Positions 40,683-50,252 of a stretch of DNA of 64,000 bases are shown here, piece after piece. The notes under the pieces were generated by a model that was not told where the DNA came from, ran no database searches, and was given only the letters and a program-made list of their open reading frames with translations. Made by a program: the position numbers and the translations under genes. Source of the DNA: an uncultured virus (IMG/VR IMGVR_UViG_3300042549_004976) (Duplodnaviria > Heunggongvirae > Uroviricota > Caudoviricetes); IMG/VR virus record IMGVR_UViG_3300042549_004976; one strand, written 5' to 3'. Every line of letters begins with the position of its first letter. Position 1 is the stretch's first letter.

Positions 40683-40709
40683 TACTCTTTTTGACAGGAT
40701 TCTTTATTT

Positions 40710-42350
40710 ATGGCTATCAAACTTTTTGGCTTTTCTATTGGTAAAGAAGAGAAGGAGACTTCCAAGGATGAACTTCCAAAGAAGTCTCTTTCTTTTGTAG
40801 CACCTGATCAGGATGACGGCGCGATTCCACTAGAAGTGGGTGGTTACTTTGGAACCGCTGTTGACTTTGACGGCGCAATCAAAACCGATCTAGACCTTAT
40901 CAAGAAATATCGTGACATGGCAATCCACCCTGAAGTGGAGTCTGCTATTGCTGATATCTGTAATGAGTCTATTGTGTATGACGATACTTTTACTACGGTA
41001 AAGATCGACACCACAAACATTAAGTACAGCAAGTCTATTAAAGACAAAGTGGAATCGGAGTTTGAAGAAGTCCTGAAACTCATGAATTTCTCTCGCCGTG
41101 GTTTTGAGATATTCCGCAAATGGTATGTGGACGGACGAATTTATTACCACATCATTATTGATGAAGCCAACAAGAAGAAGGGCATTCTTGAAATTCGTCC
41201 TATTGATCCCACGAAGATTCGTAAGATTCGTAAGATTCACAAGAAGCCCATGTCACAGCAGTCTCCCCTTGGTGTTCAAATAGTAACATCGGTGGAAGAG
41301 TTCTATGTGTACAACGAACAAGAGCCTGGTTCCACTGCGCTCTCGATTGAAGGGTTAAAGATCTACCCTGATTCCATCTGCTTTGTTCACAGCGGACTGT
41401 ATGACGGATATCGCAAGAAAGTAATTGGATATCTGCACAAGGCTATCAAGGCTTTGAATCAACTTCGCATGATTGAAGACGCAGTGGTGATTTATCGCAT
41501 TACTCGCGCACCAGAACGCCGTGTGTTCTATGTGGATGTTGGTAACCTGCCCAAGCAGAAGGCAGAAGAGTATGTGCGTGGACTCATGCAGAAGTACCGC
41601 AACAAACTCATGTACGATCCACAGACAGGTGAGATTGCAGATTCCCGCAAGCATATGTCCATGCTTGAAGACTTTTGGATGCCTCGCCGCGAAGGTGGTC
41701 GTGGCACAGAAATCTCAACGCTTGAAGGCGGACAGAATCTTTCGGAAATGGAAGATGTAAAGTACTTCCAAAAGAAACTCTTTCAATCGCTTAATGTTCC
41801 CACCTCTCGTATGGAAGAATCCACTGGATTCAACATGGGCAGGTCTTCAGAGATTTCACGCGATGAAGTGAAATTCTTTAAGTTCATTGAACGACTCCGC
41901 ATGAAGTTCTCTGAAGTATTCCTTGAACTGCTGCGTGTGCAGTTGGTTCTCAAGGGAGTTATTCGTGAGGACGAGTGGGCAGATATTGAAAGCCGTCTAA
42001 TATTCAAATTTGCAAAGGATTCGCATTTCTCCGAACTCAAGGAAAGCGAAGTTCTCAAAGATCGTCTTGCCAGTGCACGGGAAGCAGAGGATTTTGTTGG
42101 CAAGTACTATTCTCGTGAATGGGTACGCAAGATGATTCTGCGTCAAACCGAAGACGATGTGGAGCAGATCGACAAGCAGATCAAGGAAGAAAAGGCTTCA
42201 GGAGTTATTGCTCCACCTGAAGGTGCTGTTCCTCCTGAAGCGCAGCAAGCCCAACCTCCTGCTCCAGCCCCTGCTGCGGGTGGGGACGGACAACCACAGG
42301 TAACTATTGGTGAAATCGTCCCTGATGACGAAAAGGAGTGGAACTCGTAA
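40710..42350 (+). CDS. gp20: Portal protein gp20
   Basis: KLFGF, YR.MA.HPEV, WYVDGR, LHKAIK.LNQLRMIEDA.VIYRITRAPERRVFYVDVGNLPK, EDFWMPRREGGRGTEI. Confidence 0.98.
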   Translation: MAIKLFGFSIGKEEKETSKDELPKKSLSFVAPDQDDGAIPLEVGGYFGTAVDFDGAIKTDLDLIKKYRDMAIHPEVESAIADICNESIVYDDTFTTVKIDTTNIKYSKSIKDKVESEFEEVLKLMNFSRRGFEIFRKWYVDGRIYYHIIIDEANKKKGILEIRPIDPTKIRKIRKIHKKPMSQQSPLGVQIVTSVEEFYVYNEQEPGSTALSIEGLKIYPDSICFVHSGLYDGYRKKVIGYLHKAIKALNQLRMIEDAVVIYRITRAPERRVFYVDVGNLPKQKAEEYVRGLMQKYRNKLMYDPQTGEIADSRKHMSMLEDFWMPRREGGRGTEISTLEGGQNLSEMEDVKYFQKKLFQSLNVPTSRMEESTGFNMGRSSEISRDEVKFFKFIERLRMKFSEVFLELLRVQLVLKGVIREDEWADIESRLIFKFAKDSHFSELKESEVLKDRLASAREAEDFVGKYYSREWVRKMILRQTEDDVEQIDKQIKEEKASGVIAPPEGAVPPEAQQAQPPAPAPAAGGDGQPQVTIGEIVPDDEKEWNS

Positions 42351-42517
42351 TGCTGCATTCATTTGAAGAATTCAAGACCGCTGTGCTGTGCTCCCTACAG
42401 GACAAGATTGCCGAACGGATCTCCCAAGAGCGGGAATCGCTTTCAAATAGTCTGCTTCGGGGTGAAAATGTGGACTCGGATGAAATAGATACCGAGTCAA
42501 GCACCAAAGAAAACTAA
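42350..42517 (+). CDS. Prohead core protein (gp67-like, 55 aa)
   Basis: Read by hand, below the ORF-track cutoff: MLHSFEEFKTAVLCSLQDKIAERISQERESLSNSLL...; TAATG overlap with gp20; gp67 position, acidic tail. Confidence 0.65.
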   Translation: MLHSFEEFKTAVLCSLQDKIAERISQERESLSNSLLRGENVDSDEIDTESSTKEN

Positions 42518-42520
42518 ATA
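42513..42520 (+). promoter_or_regulatory. T4-type late promoter (ACTAAATA)
   Basis: Upstream of the AAGGAG RBS of ORF 42546. Confidence 0.55.
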
Positions 42521-42545
42521 ATTAGTCGCAAAGGAGTAGACACAT

Positions 42546-42833
42546 ATGGACACAAATAAACGAATCGCTCGCGCAATGTTGAAGAAGAGTTTTGCTGAAG
42601 CCAAGGAATTGGTTTTCAAGTCGCTCTACGCCAAGGCATCACTTGCTTTGGACGAGGCTCGTTACGCCGTGGCTAATGCTATATTCAATGAAGCCAAGAA
42701 GTCTCCCGCCACAAGCGTTCCTGCTGGTGCTTCTGAAGAAGAACACGCCAAGGCTCGTGCCGCCAATCCGTACCGTGTTCGTCTTGGAAAAGGCAAACCT
42801 GCTGGTGCAGTTGACAAGGCGGAAAAGAAGTGA
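42546..42833 (+). CDS. Prohead core protein (gp67/gp68-position)
   Basis: Between portal and prohead protease; AKELVFKSLYAKASLALD...VA..IF pattern. Confidence 0.6.
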   Translation: MDTNKRIARAMLKKSFAEAKELVFKSLYAKASLALDEARYAVANAIFNEAKKSPATSVPAGASEEEHAKARAANPYRVRLGKGKPAGAVDKAEKK

Positions 42834-43471
42834 AACTAATCACTGAAACAACCCAAAGCGTTCAATGGCTCACCGAAGAAAAGAACGGTCAGAAGCACTA
42901 TTTCATTGAAGGCGTGTTCATGCAGTCGGAGATGAAGAACCGCAATGGTCGTATGTATCCTTCTGCCGTCATGGATAAAGAGGTTGATCGCTACAACACC
43001 GAATATGTAAAGCAGAATCGCGCAATGGGCGAACTTGGTCACCCTGAAGGACCAACGGTTAACCTTGAGCGTGTGTCCCATATCATCAAGGACTTGCGTA
43101 TAGAGGGAAAAGACATCTACGGCAAGGCTAAGATTCTCGATACTCCATACGGAAAGATTGTCAAGAACCTCGTGGAAGAAGGAGCCAAACTTGGCGTTTC
43201 TTCCCGTGGTATGGGCAGTCTTAAAGAACAGGATGGAGTGAATGTTGTTCAGGAAGATTTCATGTTGGCGGCAGTTGATGTGGTTGCAGATCCGTCTGCA
43301 CCCAACGCTTTCGTGAACGGAATCATGGAAGGTCGGGAGTGGATTTGGAACAACGGGATTCTCAAGCCTGTTGTGATTGAGGAATACAAGAAAATCATTG
43401 AGAAAACACCGTCACGAAAACTAGAAGAACAAACGATGCGTTTGTTCGCGGACTTCATTTCAAAACTCTGA
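42830..43471 (+). CDS. gp21: Prohead protease gp21 (GTG start)
   Basis: MKLITE, IEGVFMQ...NRNGR.YP, GELGHP, LGVSSRGMGSL, DVVADPSAP.AFV.GIME. Confidence 0.97.
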   Translation: MKLITETTQSVQWLTEEKNGQKHYFIEGVFMQSEMKNRNGRMYPSAVMDKEVDRYNTEYVKQNRAMGELGHPEGPTVNLERVSHIIKDLRIEGKDIYGKAKILDTPYGKIVKNLVEEGAKLGVSSRGMGSLKEQDGVNVVQEDFMLAAVDVVADPSAPNAFVNGIMEGREWIWNNGILKPVVIEEYKKIIEKTPSRKLEEQTMRLFADFISKL

Positions 43472-43508
43472 GTAGTCTACATATTTCCAACGAAGGAGAT
43501 TCACAGTC

Positions 43509-44693
43509 ATGGCAAGAGAAAATATCGAAGATGTCATCAAGAAGGTAATTCTGGGCGAAGGCTTTCTAGCCGAGACTGCACAGGATCCAGATCCAACTGA
43601 AGACGAGGACACCTCGGAAGAGGATGCTTCGGCTGATGAGGGTTTTGAAGTCGAGGAAATCGACGAAGCCAAGTGCGATGACAAGGAAGAGGACGAAGAC
43701 GAATCCGAGGACGAAGAGTCCGAAGAGGAAGAAGAACCCAAGGGCAAGAAGAAGATGCCAGCATTCCTCAAGGGAAAATTTGGCAAGAAGGGCAAGTCCG
43801 AAATGGAAGAAGCCGTGTCTGACTACGCCAGCACCAATATCACCCATGATGTAAACAAGAAGGGTGCTAAGATTGCCGAACCAACTGGCGATGCCAGTGG
43901 TAAGAACAAGGGCACCATCAAGGCTAAACCTTCTGCTGCCAAGGCTGAAACCAAGATCCCTGAGATCAAGCCCACCGTCAAGGAAGATATTGCTGCCATG
44001 CTGACAGGCGAAGACCTTTCAGAAGAATTCAAGACTTCTGCTGCCACTCTCTTTGAGGCTCACCTCGCAGAGCGTGTTTATCAGATCGAAGAGGAATTGA
44101 AGGGGCAATACGAAGATCTTCTTGAGCAGCACACCGTTGCTGTTACCGAAGAACTCGTTGAGCGCATTGACGATTACCTCAACTATGTGGTCGAAGAGTG
44201 GATGCAAGAGAACCGTCTCGCTGTAGAGAAGGGTCTTCGCACCGAGATCACCGAAAACTTTATCTCGAACCTCAAGGGACTCTTCACCGAGTCGTACATT
44301 GAAGTTCCTGAAGACAAACTCGACTTGTTTGAATCCACTGTTGATCAGGCGGAAGCCCTCAACAGCGAACTTCAAGGACAGGTCGAGAAGAACATGGAAC
44401 TCTCAGAAGAAGTCGAGCAACTCAAGTGCGAGATCATCTTCCGCGAGATTTCCGAAGGAATGACTGATACTGAAGTTGAAAAACTTCGCCGTCTCGCAGA
44501 AGACCTAGAGTTTGATACGATTGAGCAGTTTGCCGAAAAGATTGGTGTTCTCTGCGAGAACATTGGATCCATCGGAACAGTAGCAGAAGAAGCATCATCG
44601 GAAGAAGGACTCGAAGAGTCCTACGAAGACGCTTCGGAAGCAACCCCGCTCGTTGAAGCGTATGTGCGCTCCATGAGCAAGTCACGAGAGTAA
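43509..44693 (+). CDS. gp22: Prohead core scaffold gp22
   Basis: Very acidic; LSEEFK..A.TLFEA, DDYLNYVVEEWM.EN.LAVE.G.RTEI.E.F...LK.LF.E.YI.VP. Confidence 0.93.
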   Translation: MARENIEDVIKKVILGEGFLAETAQDPDPTEDEDTSEEDASADEGFEVEEIDEAKCDDKEEDEDESEDEESEEEEEPKGKKKMPAFLKGKFGKKGKSEMEEAVSDYASTNITHDVNKKGAKIAEPTGDASGKNKGTIKAKPSAAKAETKIPEIKPTVKEDIAAMLTGEDLSEEFKTSAATLFEAHLAERVYQIEEELKGQYEDLLEQHTVAVTEELVERIDDYLNYVVEEWMQENRLAVEKGLRTEITENFISNLKGLFTESYIEVPEDKLDLFESTVDQAEALNSELQGQVEKNMELSEEVEQLKCEIIFREISEGMTDTEVEKLRRLAEDLEFDTIEQFAEKIGVLCENIGSIGTVAEEASSEEGLEESYEDASEATPLVEAYVRSMSKSRE

Positions 44694-44736
44694 ACCACAG
44701 TCACAGACTGTTTAACAGTTTCAAGGAGATACTAAC

Positions 44737-46191
44737 ATGGCAGAAGAAAAGTTTCTAACCGAGGCGGCTATCCGTAAGTGGAAGCCTGTTCTCGATCACA
44801 AGGACATGAGTCCTATCACGGACGCTCACAAGCGTGCAACAATGGCAACTCTTTTGGAGAACCAAGAGAAGGCAATCAAGGAGCAAATGCTCGTTGAAGT
44901 CAGCCCAGGCAACGCAGTTGGTAACGGTATGTCCTCCACCATCAGCGGCAATGCTTCGATGCAGGGTTACGATCCAATTCTTATCCAATTGGTTCGTCGC
45001 GCCATGCCAAATCTCATGGCATACGACATCTGCGGCGTTCAGGCTATGTCGGCTCCGACAGGCTTGATCTTTGCAATGCGTACCAAGTACGGTGCACAGT
45101 CTGGCACCGAGGCTCTGTTCCAGGAACCAATGACCACATACAGTGGTTCGTCCTCCGCTAACAGTAGCGGTGGTTCGGGTGCTGCTGCTGGTGGTGCAGC
45201 CGTTGGTAACACTGCTGCATTCGGTTCAAACATTGGTGTTGATCCGTTTGCTGGTCTTCCAGGTCTTGGCGATCCAAACAGCGTCAGTGGTATCACCACT
45301 GGTTCGGGTATTCGTACTACGACTGGTGAAGGTGAAGCACCAAACGAGATGGCATTCAGTATCGAGCGCGTGGCTGTTCAGGCTGCAACTCGTATGCTTG
45401 CTGCCTCGTACAGCGTTGAACTTGCTCAGGATCTCAAGGCTGTTCACGGGCTTGATGCCGAGACTGAACTTGCGAACATTCTCAGCACGGAAATTCTTGC
45501 TGAAATCAACCGCGAAGTTGTCCGTACTGTGTACAAGACAGCCAAACTCGGTGCACAGCAGACCGACCTTTACTACAAGACCGTAGTTGGTGGTCTGTCC
45601 GCTGCTGGTACTGCCACAGTCGGTGGCGTGTACGATCTCATTCAGGACTCAGATGGTCGTTGGAGCGCGGAAAAGTTCCGTGGTCTGATGTTCCAGATTG
45701 AGCGTGAATGCAATCAGATCGCCAAGGATACCCGTCGCGGTAAGGGCAACTTCATCATCTGCTCCGCAGATGTTGCTTCAGCCCTCGCAATGGGTGGTTT
45801 CTTGAACATCTCACCTGCTCTTAACACCACCCTTGATGTTGATGACACTGGCAATACCTTTGCTGGTACCCTCAACGGCAAGATCAAGGTGTACATTGAT
45901 CCGTACATCGACACCACTGCAACCAGTGGCAGCAACTTTGTACTCACGGGATACAAGGGCAGCAGCCCATACGATGCAGGTATCTTCTACTGCCCGTATG
46001 TTCCGCTTCAGATGATGCGTGCTGTTGATACTTCTACCTTCCAGCCAAAGATGGCATTCAAGACCCGCTACGGCATGGTCGCGAACCCCTTTGCAGAAGG
46101 CACAACCGTTGGTTTCGGCGGTATCAAGACTCGCGCAAATGTCTACTACCGTATCTTCCGCGTGGACAACCTCCACGGCGTGGCTTCGTAA
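44737..46191 (+). CDS. gp23: Major capsid protein gp23
   Basis: KWKPVL, LLENQE, DPILI.LVRRAMP.L.AYDICGVQ.M..PTGLIFAMR, ELAQDLKAVHGLDAE.EL.NILS.EI..EINRE, FQPK..FKTRYG. Confidence 0.99.
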   Translation: MAEEKFLTEAAIRKWKPVLDHKDMSPITDAHKRATMATLLENQEKAIKEQMLVEVSPGNAVGNGMSSTISGNASMQGYDPILIQLVRRAMPNLMAYDICGVQAMSAPTGLIFAMRTKYGAQSGTEALFQEPMTTYSGSSSANSSGGSGAAAGGAAVGNTAAFGSNIGVDPFAGLPGLGDPNSVSGITTGSGIRTTTGEGEAPNEMAFSIERVAVQAATRMLAASYSVELAQDLKAVHGLDAETELANILSTEILAEINREVVRTVYKTAKLGAQQTDLYYKTVVGGLSAAGTATVGGVYDLIQDSDGRWSAEKFRGLMFQIERECNQIAKDTRRGKGNFIICSADVASALAMGGFLNISPALNTTLDVDDTGNTFAGTLNGKIKVYIDPYIDTTATSGSNFVLTGYKGSSPYDAGIFYCPYVPLQMMRAVDTSTFQPKMAFKTRYGMVANPFAEGTTVGFGGIKTRANVYYRIFRVDNLHGVAS

Positions 46192-46216
46192 TAGACTGCT
46201 CACAAGCAAAGACATG

Positions 46217-46250
46217 GGGGAGGGCTTCACGCCCTCCCCTGTTCTTTTCT
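46217..46250 (+). terminator. Rho-independent terminator after gp23
   Basis: Perfect 9-bp stem GGGGAGGGC/GCCCTCCCC with a TTCAC loop, followed by TGTTCTTTTCT. Confidence 0.8.
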
Positions 46251-46260
46251 ACATACTTGT

Positions 46261-46785
46261 ATGGCAAACACATTCGAATTTGACATTCCCGCAGACATCA
46301 AGAACAGGTATCCTGAAAATATCAGTGCCTTGTTGCCCACATATTTTCGTTTCTCTATGGCGAGACTACCGAATACTACTTACTTCTGCCAAACCGCTTC
46401 CATACCGTCTGTAACACTCACGGATGTTTCAATGCCTACTCCGTTTGTGCCCATCAAGGCTCCATCCAAAATGGAATTTGATGACTTGACTATTACATTC
46501 ATAGTGGACGAGGCTCTTTTAAATTGGCTTGAAATATACAATTGGATGCGCTCTGTTACCAATGTGGAAAATTACGAGGAGTTCCGCTCTCCGAATACCC
46601 ACCTCACCACAGCCAATATGGTTGTACTGAACAGCGGCAAGCAACCCAAAATCAATGTTACATTTGAAGGGCTGTATCCCAAGAACTTGTCCGCTATTGA
46701 TTTTTCATCTACGATCATGGATCCTGAACCGATACAATCCACCGTTACTTTTGGATACAGAAGTTACAGTATTGAGCGGTACTAA
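46261..46785 (+). CDS. gp3: Tail tube terminator / tail completion protein gp3
   Basis: F.F...RLP...YFCQ.A.IP.V...FDDL.I.FIVDE.L.NW.EIY.W...F..LYP..LS; usual position after gp23. Confidence 0.88.
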   Translation: MANTFEFDIPADIKNRYPENISALLPTYFRFSMARLPNTTYFCQTASIPSVTLTDVSMPTPFVPIKAPSKMEFDDLTITFIVDEALLNWLEIYNWMRSVTNVENYEEFRSPNTHLTTANMVVLNSGKQPKINVTFEGLYPKNLSAIDFSSTIMDPEPIQSTVTFGYRSYSIERY

Positions 46786-46805
46786 TATTTGTTTGTGAAT
46801 AGGGG

Positions 46806-46833
46806 TTGACTCTTAGTGGATATGGTGTAGACT
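46806..46833 (+). promoter_or_regulatory. Sigma70-like (early/middle) promoter upstream of uvsY
   Basis: TTGACT-16 nt-TAGACT, intergenic, before a GGAG RBS. Confidence 0.55.
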
Positions 46834-46854
46834 CTCCCCTACGGAGAACACATT

Positions 46855-47289
46855 ATGACCTTGGACGATATTAGAAAAGAAATTGAACGGGATGTGCGGT
46901 TGGACGAAACCGCATTGGACATTGAATCCCTGAAGATTCCACAACTACACAGCAAGTACCTGAACTTCCTAATGGACGAGCGGTTGTCGTTGGCAAAGAT
47001 TACAAGTGATTACGATATTACACTACGAAGCAAGTGGGAATACTACACAGGTAAAATGTCACAAGAGGAGTTAACCGCTCGTGGATGGGAGCCGTTTGCA
47101 CTAAAGATTTTGCGTAATGATCTTGATCTATATTTGAATGCAGATGCAGATATATCCAAGGCTCGTCAGCGAGTGGTGTATCAAAAGGAAAAGATTTCAC
47201 TCCTAGAAGAGATTGTGAAGGAATTAAATAATCGCCATTGGAAAATTCGTAATGCCATTGATTGGCGTAAGTTTGTGAATGGACAGTAA
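46855..47289 (+). CDS. uvsY: Recombination mediator UvsY
   Basis: LD.ESLKIP.LHSKYL...KWEYYTGK...YL.AD...R.W.I.NAIDW.KF..G. Confidence 0.93.
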   Translation: MTLDDIRKEIERDVRLDETALDIESLKIPQLHSKYLNFLMDERLSLAKITSDYDITLRSKWEYYTGKMSQEELTARGWEPFALKILRNDLDLYLNADADISKARQRVVYQKEKISLLEEIVKELNNRHWKIRNAIDWRKFVNGQ

Positions 47290-47821
47290 TTCCACAACTG
47301 CGCTTTGCGAAGACCCTGCCAATTGGTGGGTGGATCGTATGTACCTGCAAGACGCATTTGCTGCCGCACGACACAGCACTGATCCTAGAACACAGGTGGG
47401 TGCAGTACTTGTAGTTCCTGTGGGTGGTGTGGTGCTGGCATCGTGGAACGCTATCCCCGAAAATTTATATGACTACGAGTGCACTCCTGAAACTAAAAAT
47501 TACTGCACCGAACACGCGGAACGAGCAGTAGTATTCAAAGCACTACAGAACGGACTCCCAACTCAGGGGTTAACCGTGTACTGCACATGGGGGGTGTGTG
47601 CTGAGTGCGCTCGTACACTTATAGAGTTCGGCATCAAGCGTGTGGTTACCCTTTACCGCCTCGTAGAAGCCTCTCCTGAGCGTTGGCAGGACGGTATGCA
47701 CAATGGACTCCTAATGATGAAATGTAGCGGAATAAAGACGGTTGGGTGGAGAGGAGACTTGGGGACTAAATATAATATACGGTTCAACGGTCAGGTTGTG
47801 GGAAACGAGGACTTGTTGTAA
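47279..47821 (+). CDS. dCMP/cytidine deaminase-family protein
   Basis: S.DP.TQVGAVLV, HAE zinc/catalytic motif and CAEC, then GIKRVV. Confidence 0.85.
   Translation: MDSNSTTALCEDPANWWVDRMYLQDAFAAARHSTDPRTQVGAVLVVPVGGVVLASWNAIPENLYDYECTPETKNYCTEHAERAVVFKALQNGLPTQGLTVYCTWGVCAECARTLIEFGIKRVVTLYRLVEASPERWQDGMHNGLLMMKCSGIKTVGWRGDLGTKYNIRFNGQVVGNEDLL
47765..47772 (+). promoter_or_regulatory. T4-type late promoter (ACTAAATA) upstream of uvsW
   Basis: ~50 nt before the uvsW ATG; uvsW is late-transcribed in T4. Confidence 0.5.
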
Positions 47822-49323
47822 TGTTCGACCTTGATGTAAGCGAAATAGATTCGGTGAATGTTCGTGTGCATTGCGATAAAGGCATTGCCCATGAACTCTC
47901 TGATTATTTTACTTTCAAGGTTCCTGGTTACAAGTTCATGCCAGCGTATCGCTCTCGTATGTGGAACGGTGAAATCAAACTCTATAATATTCACACGCAG
48001 ACCATCTACGCAGGACTAGTAGAGTACATTCAGAAATTCGCAGACGAACGCAAGTACACCATTACCCTGCCTTCACGCAATGCTTTCACCACTACCCCTG
48101 CTGATGTGCAGGGATTCATGGAAGACTTCTTGAATGTTCAAGTACACGGTAAAAAAGTCTCGCCCCACGAACATCAAATCAATGCAGTACAACACGCCAT
48201 GCAGGAAGAACGATGCCTTTTGCTGTCTCCCACAGGCAGCGGAAAAAGTCTTATCATCTACGCACTACTGCGGTACTACCTGAGCAAGATTCCAAAGGAT
48301 AAAAAGGTACTCATCATTGTGCCAACAGTGTCCCTAGTAGAGCAGATGTTCTCTGACTTTACTGACTACTCTTCGGCAAACGGATGGGATGTGCAAACTA
48401 ATTGCCACAAGATTCTTGCAGGAGCGGACAAGGCAACACAAAAGCGTGTGGTGATTTCCACATGGCAATCCATATACAAGCAAACGGAAAAGTACTTTGA
48501 GCAGTTTGGTGCTGTGGTTGGAGATGAAGCCCACCTGTTCAAGTCCAAGTCTCTCACCGCAATACTCACCAAACTAAAGCGTTGTCCTTTCCGCGTTGGT
48601 ACTACAGGAACCTTGGACGGCACTGATACCCATCGCCTTGTGCTTGAGGGGCTGTTTGGTCGTGCCTATGAGGTCACCAAGACCAAGGCACTCATGGAAA
48701 AGAAAATACTCAGTGATCTAAAAATTGACTGCATACTGCTGTCATATCCCGATATTGATAGAGAATCGGTCAAGCGAGCGAAGTATCCTGATGAAATCAA
48801 GTGGATCATTGGATCCACTCGCCGAAATCGTTTTATTGCTAATCTTTGTAAATCACTCAAGGGCAACTCGCTTATACTTTTTCAATTCGTAGAAGATCAC
48901 GGCAAACTGCTAAATACTATGGTTAGGGCTTGCATTCCAATGGAGCGCAAGGTATTCTTTGTCTATGGCGGTACAGAAGCATCAGAACGAGAAGAGATAC
49001 GCAAGATTGTAGAAACAGAATCCGATGCCGTCATCATTGCTTCGTATGGAACATTCAGCACAGGCATTTCCATCCGAAGACTGAACAACATTATATTTGC
49101 TTCACCATCCAAGTCACGGATACGAGTATTGCAGAGTATTGGAAGACAATTGCGAGTTTCACAAGACAAGACCACAGCGCGGCTTTATGATCTAGGTGAT
49201 GACCTTTCGTGGAAGACTTGGAAGAATCACACACTTCGCCATATGAATGAGCGTATGAAACTGTACGAAGCCGAAGGTTTCGAGTACAAGGTAGTAAAAA
49301 TACAGTTAGGAGAAGACACATGA
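47821..49323 (+). CDS. uvsW: DNA helicase UvsW
   Basis: FTF.VPGYKFMP.YR...W.G, SPTGSGKS, DEAH, ASYGTFSTGI, LQSIGR.LR. Confidence 0.97.
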   Translation: MFDLDVSEIDSVNVRVHCDKGIAHELSDYFTFKVPGYKFMPAYRSRMWNGEIKLYNIHTQTIYAGLVEYIQKFADERKYTITLPSRNAFTTTPADVQGFMEDFLNVQVHGKKVSPHEHQINAVQHAMQEERCLLLSPTGSGKSLIIYALLRYYLSKIPKDKKVLIIVPTVSLVEQMFSDFTDYSSANGWDVQTNCHKILAGADKATQKRVVISTWQSIYKQTEKYFEQFGAVVGDEAHLFKSKSLTAILTKLKRCPFRVGTTGTLDGTDTHRLVLEGLFGRAYEVTKTKALMEKKILSDLKIDCILLSYPDIDRESVKRAKYPDEIKWIIGSTRRNRFIANLCKSLKGNSLILFQFVEDHGKLLNTMVRACIPMERKVFFVYGGTEASEREEIRKIVETESDAVIIASYGTFSTGISIRRLNNIIFASPSKSRIRVLQSIGRQLRVSQDKTTARLYDLGDDLSWKTWKNHTLRHMNERMKLYEAEGFEYKVVKIQLGEDT

Positions 49324-50210
49324 GCCGAAAGAAAAAAACAGAACTCAGGATCTTCAAACTCCGTAGTGGCGAAGAGATTATTGCAAAGGTTGCAGGTAAG
49401 ACCAAAGACAAGATCAAGTTGCAGCGTCCCATGCGGATCATGAATAATATTCAGAGTGATCCCTATACGGGCGCAAAGCGTCAGGTGATCTACTTTTCTG
49501 ATTGGCTTGGCAGCACTTCTGAAATAATTGCAGACATTCCACTAGACTTTATTGTTGTTGAACTGCAACCCGATCCCGATATTGTGTGTCTGTATGATCG
49601 CCAAACCGAAGCAGATGATCGTGGTGCAGCACTTCCTCTGCCACCTTCCTCTACTGCTCCCGCTGAACTTCCCTTGTTTGATGAAGACGAAATGCTTGAA
49701 CTCAGCGATGATGTGGATAAAAAGTTAGAGGAATTGCTCAAGCGTATGGCGCAGGAAGACGCACCACCACAGGCAACAGACTATAAGAATCCACTTCAGT
49801 CGGTGTTTGACCAATTAAGTCCTGTGTTTCCCCCATCGTTTCCCCCTTCGTTCCCTCCACGAGTAGAAGGCATTGTGTTTTCTGTGAGTATTCCCAAAGA
49901 CATTCTTGCTAGTTGGGTGGAGACAGGCTTTATTGACTATTTGAAAGATTGTATTTCTGATTTTACGAGTACAGACTTTCTTGAACAGATGATGAATGAG
50001 GAGGAAGAAGAGGAAGAAGAAGAAGTTGAAGACAAGCCAAAGCGAGCAAAGCGGCAGAAAAGAGAGAAGACTTCCAAGGACGATTGGAAGGAACCTGCCG
50101 ATGAACACAAGGCAAAACCCGAATACGGAAACACATCGGGAGATTGGTCGCCATTTTTAAAAGACTACTTGCCAGAACAAGAGCCTCCAAAAAATACAGA
50201 TAAGGGTTGA
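49320..50210 (+). CDS. Conserved T4-like protein with Sm-like N-terminal domain and acidic/Pro-rich tail
   Basis: IFKLRSGEEIIAKV...L..PM motif, in the usual slot between uvsW and gp55; low-complexity C-terminal part. Confidence 0.6.
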   Translation: MSRKKKTELRIFKLRSGEEIIAKVAGKTKDKIKLQRPMRIMNNIQSDPYTGAKRQVIYFSDWLGSTSEIIADIPLDFIVVELQPDPDIVCLYDRQTEADDRGAALPLPPSSTAPAELPLFDEDEMLELSDDVDKKLEELLKRMAQEDAPPQATDYKNPLQSVFDQLSPVFPPSFPPSFPPRVEGIVFSVSIPKDILASWVETGFIDYLKDCISDFTSTDFLEQMMNEEEEEEEEEVEDKPKRAKRQKREKTSKDDWKEPADEHKAKPEYGNTSGDWSPFLKDYLPEQEPPKNTDKG

Positions 50211-50235
50211 CACGGAGTTGATTATGATTCATAAT
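50207..50235 (+). promoter_or_regulatory. Sigma70-like promoter upstream of gp55
   Basis: TTGACA-17 nt-CATAAT, followed by an AAGGA RBS. Confidence 0.7.
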
Positions 50236-50252
50236 GTACATAAAGGAATGTG

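Noticed and set aside
41213..41237. 9-bp tandem repeat (AAGATTCGT) in gp20
   Set aside because: Encodes KIRKIRKI, a variant of a conserved portal motif; not a separate element.
49825..50030. FPPS x3 repeat and poly-Glu tract
   Set aside because: Ordinary low-complexity coding sequence in a disordered tail.
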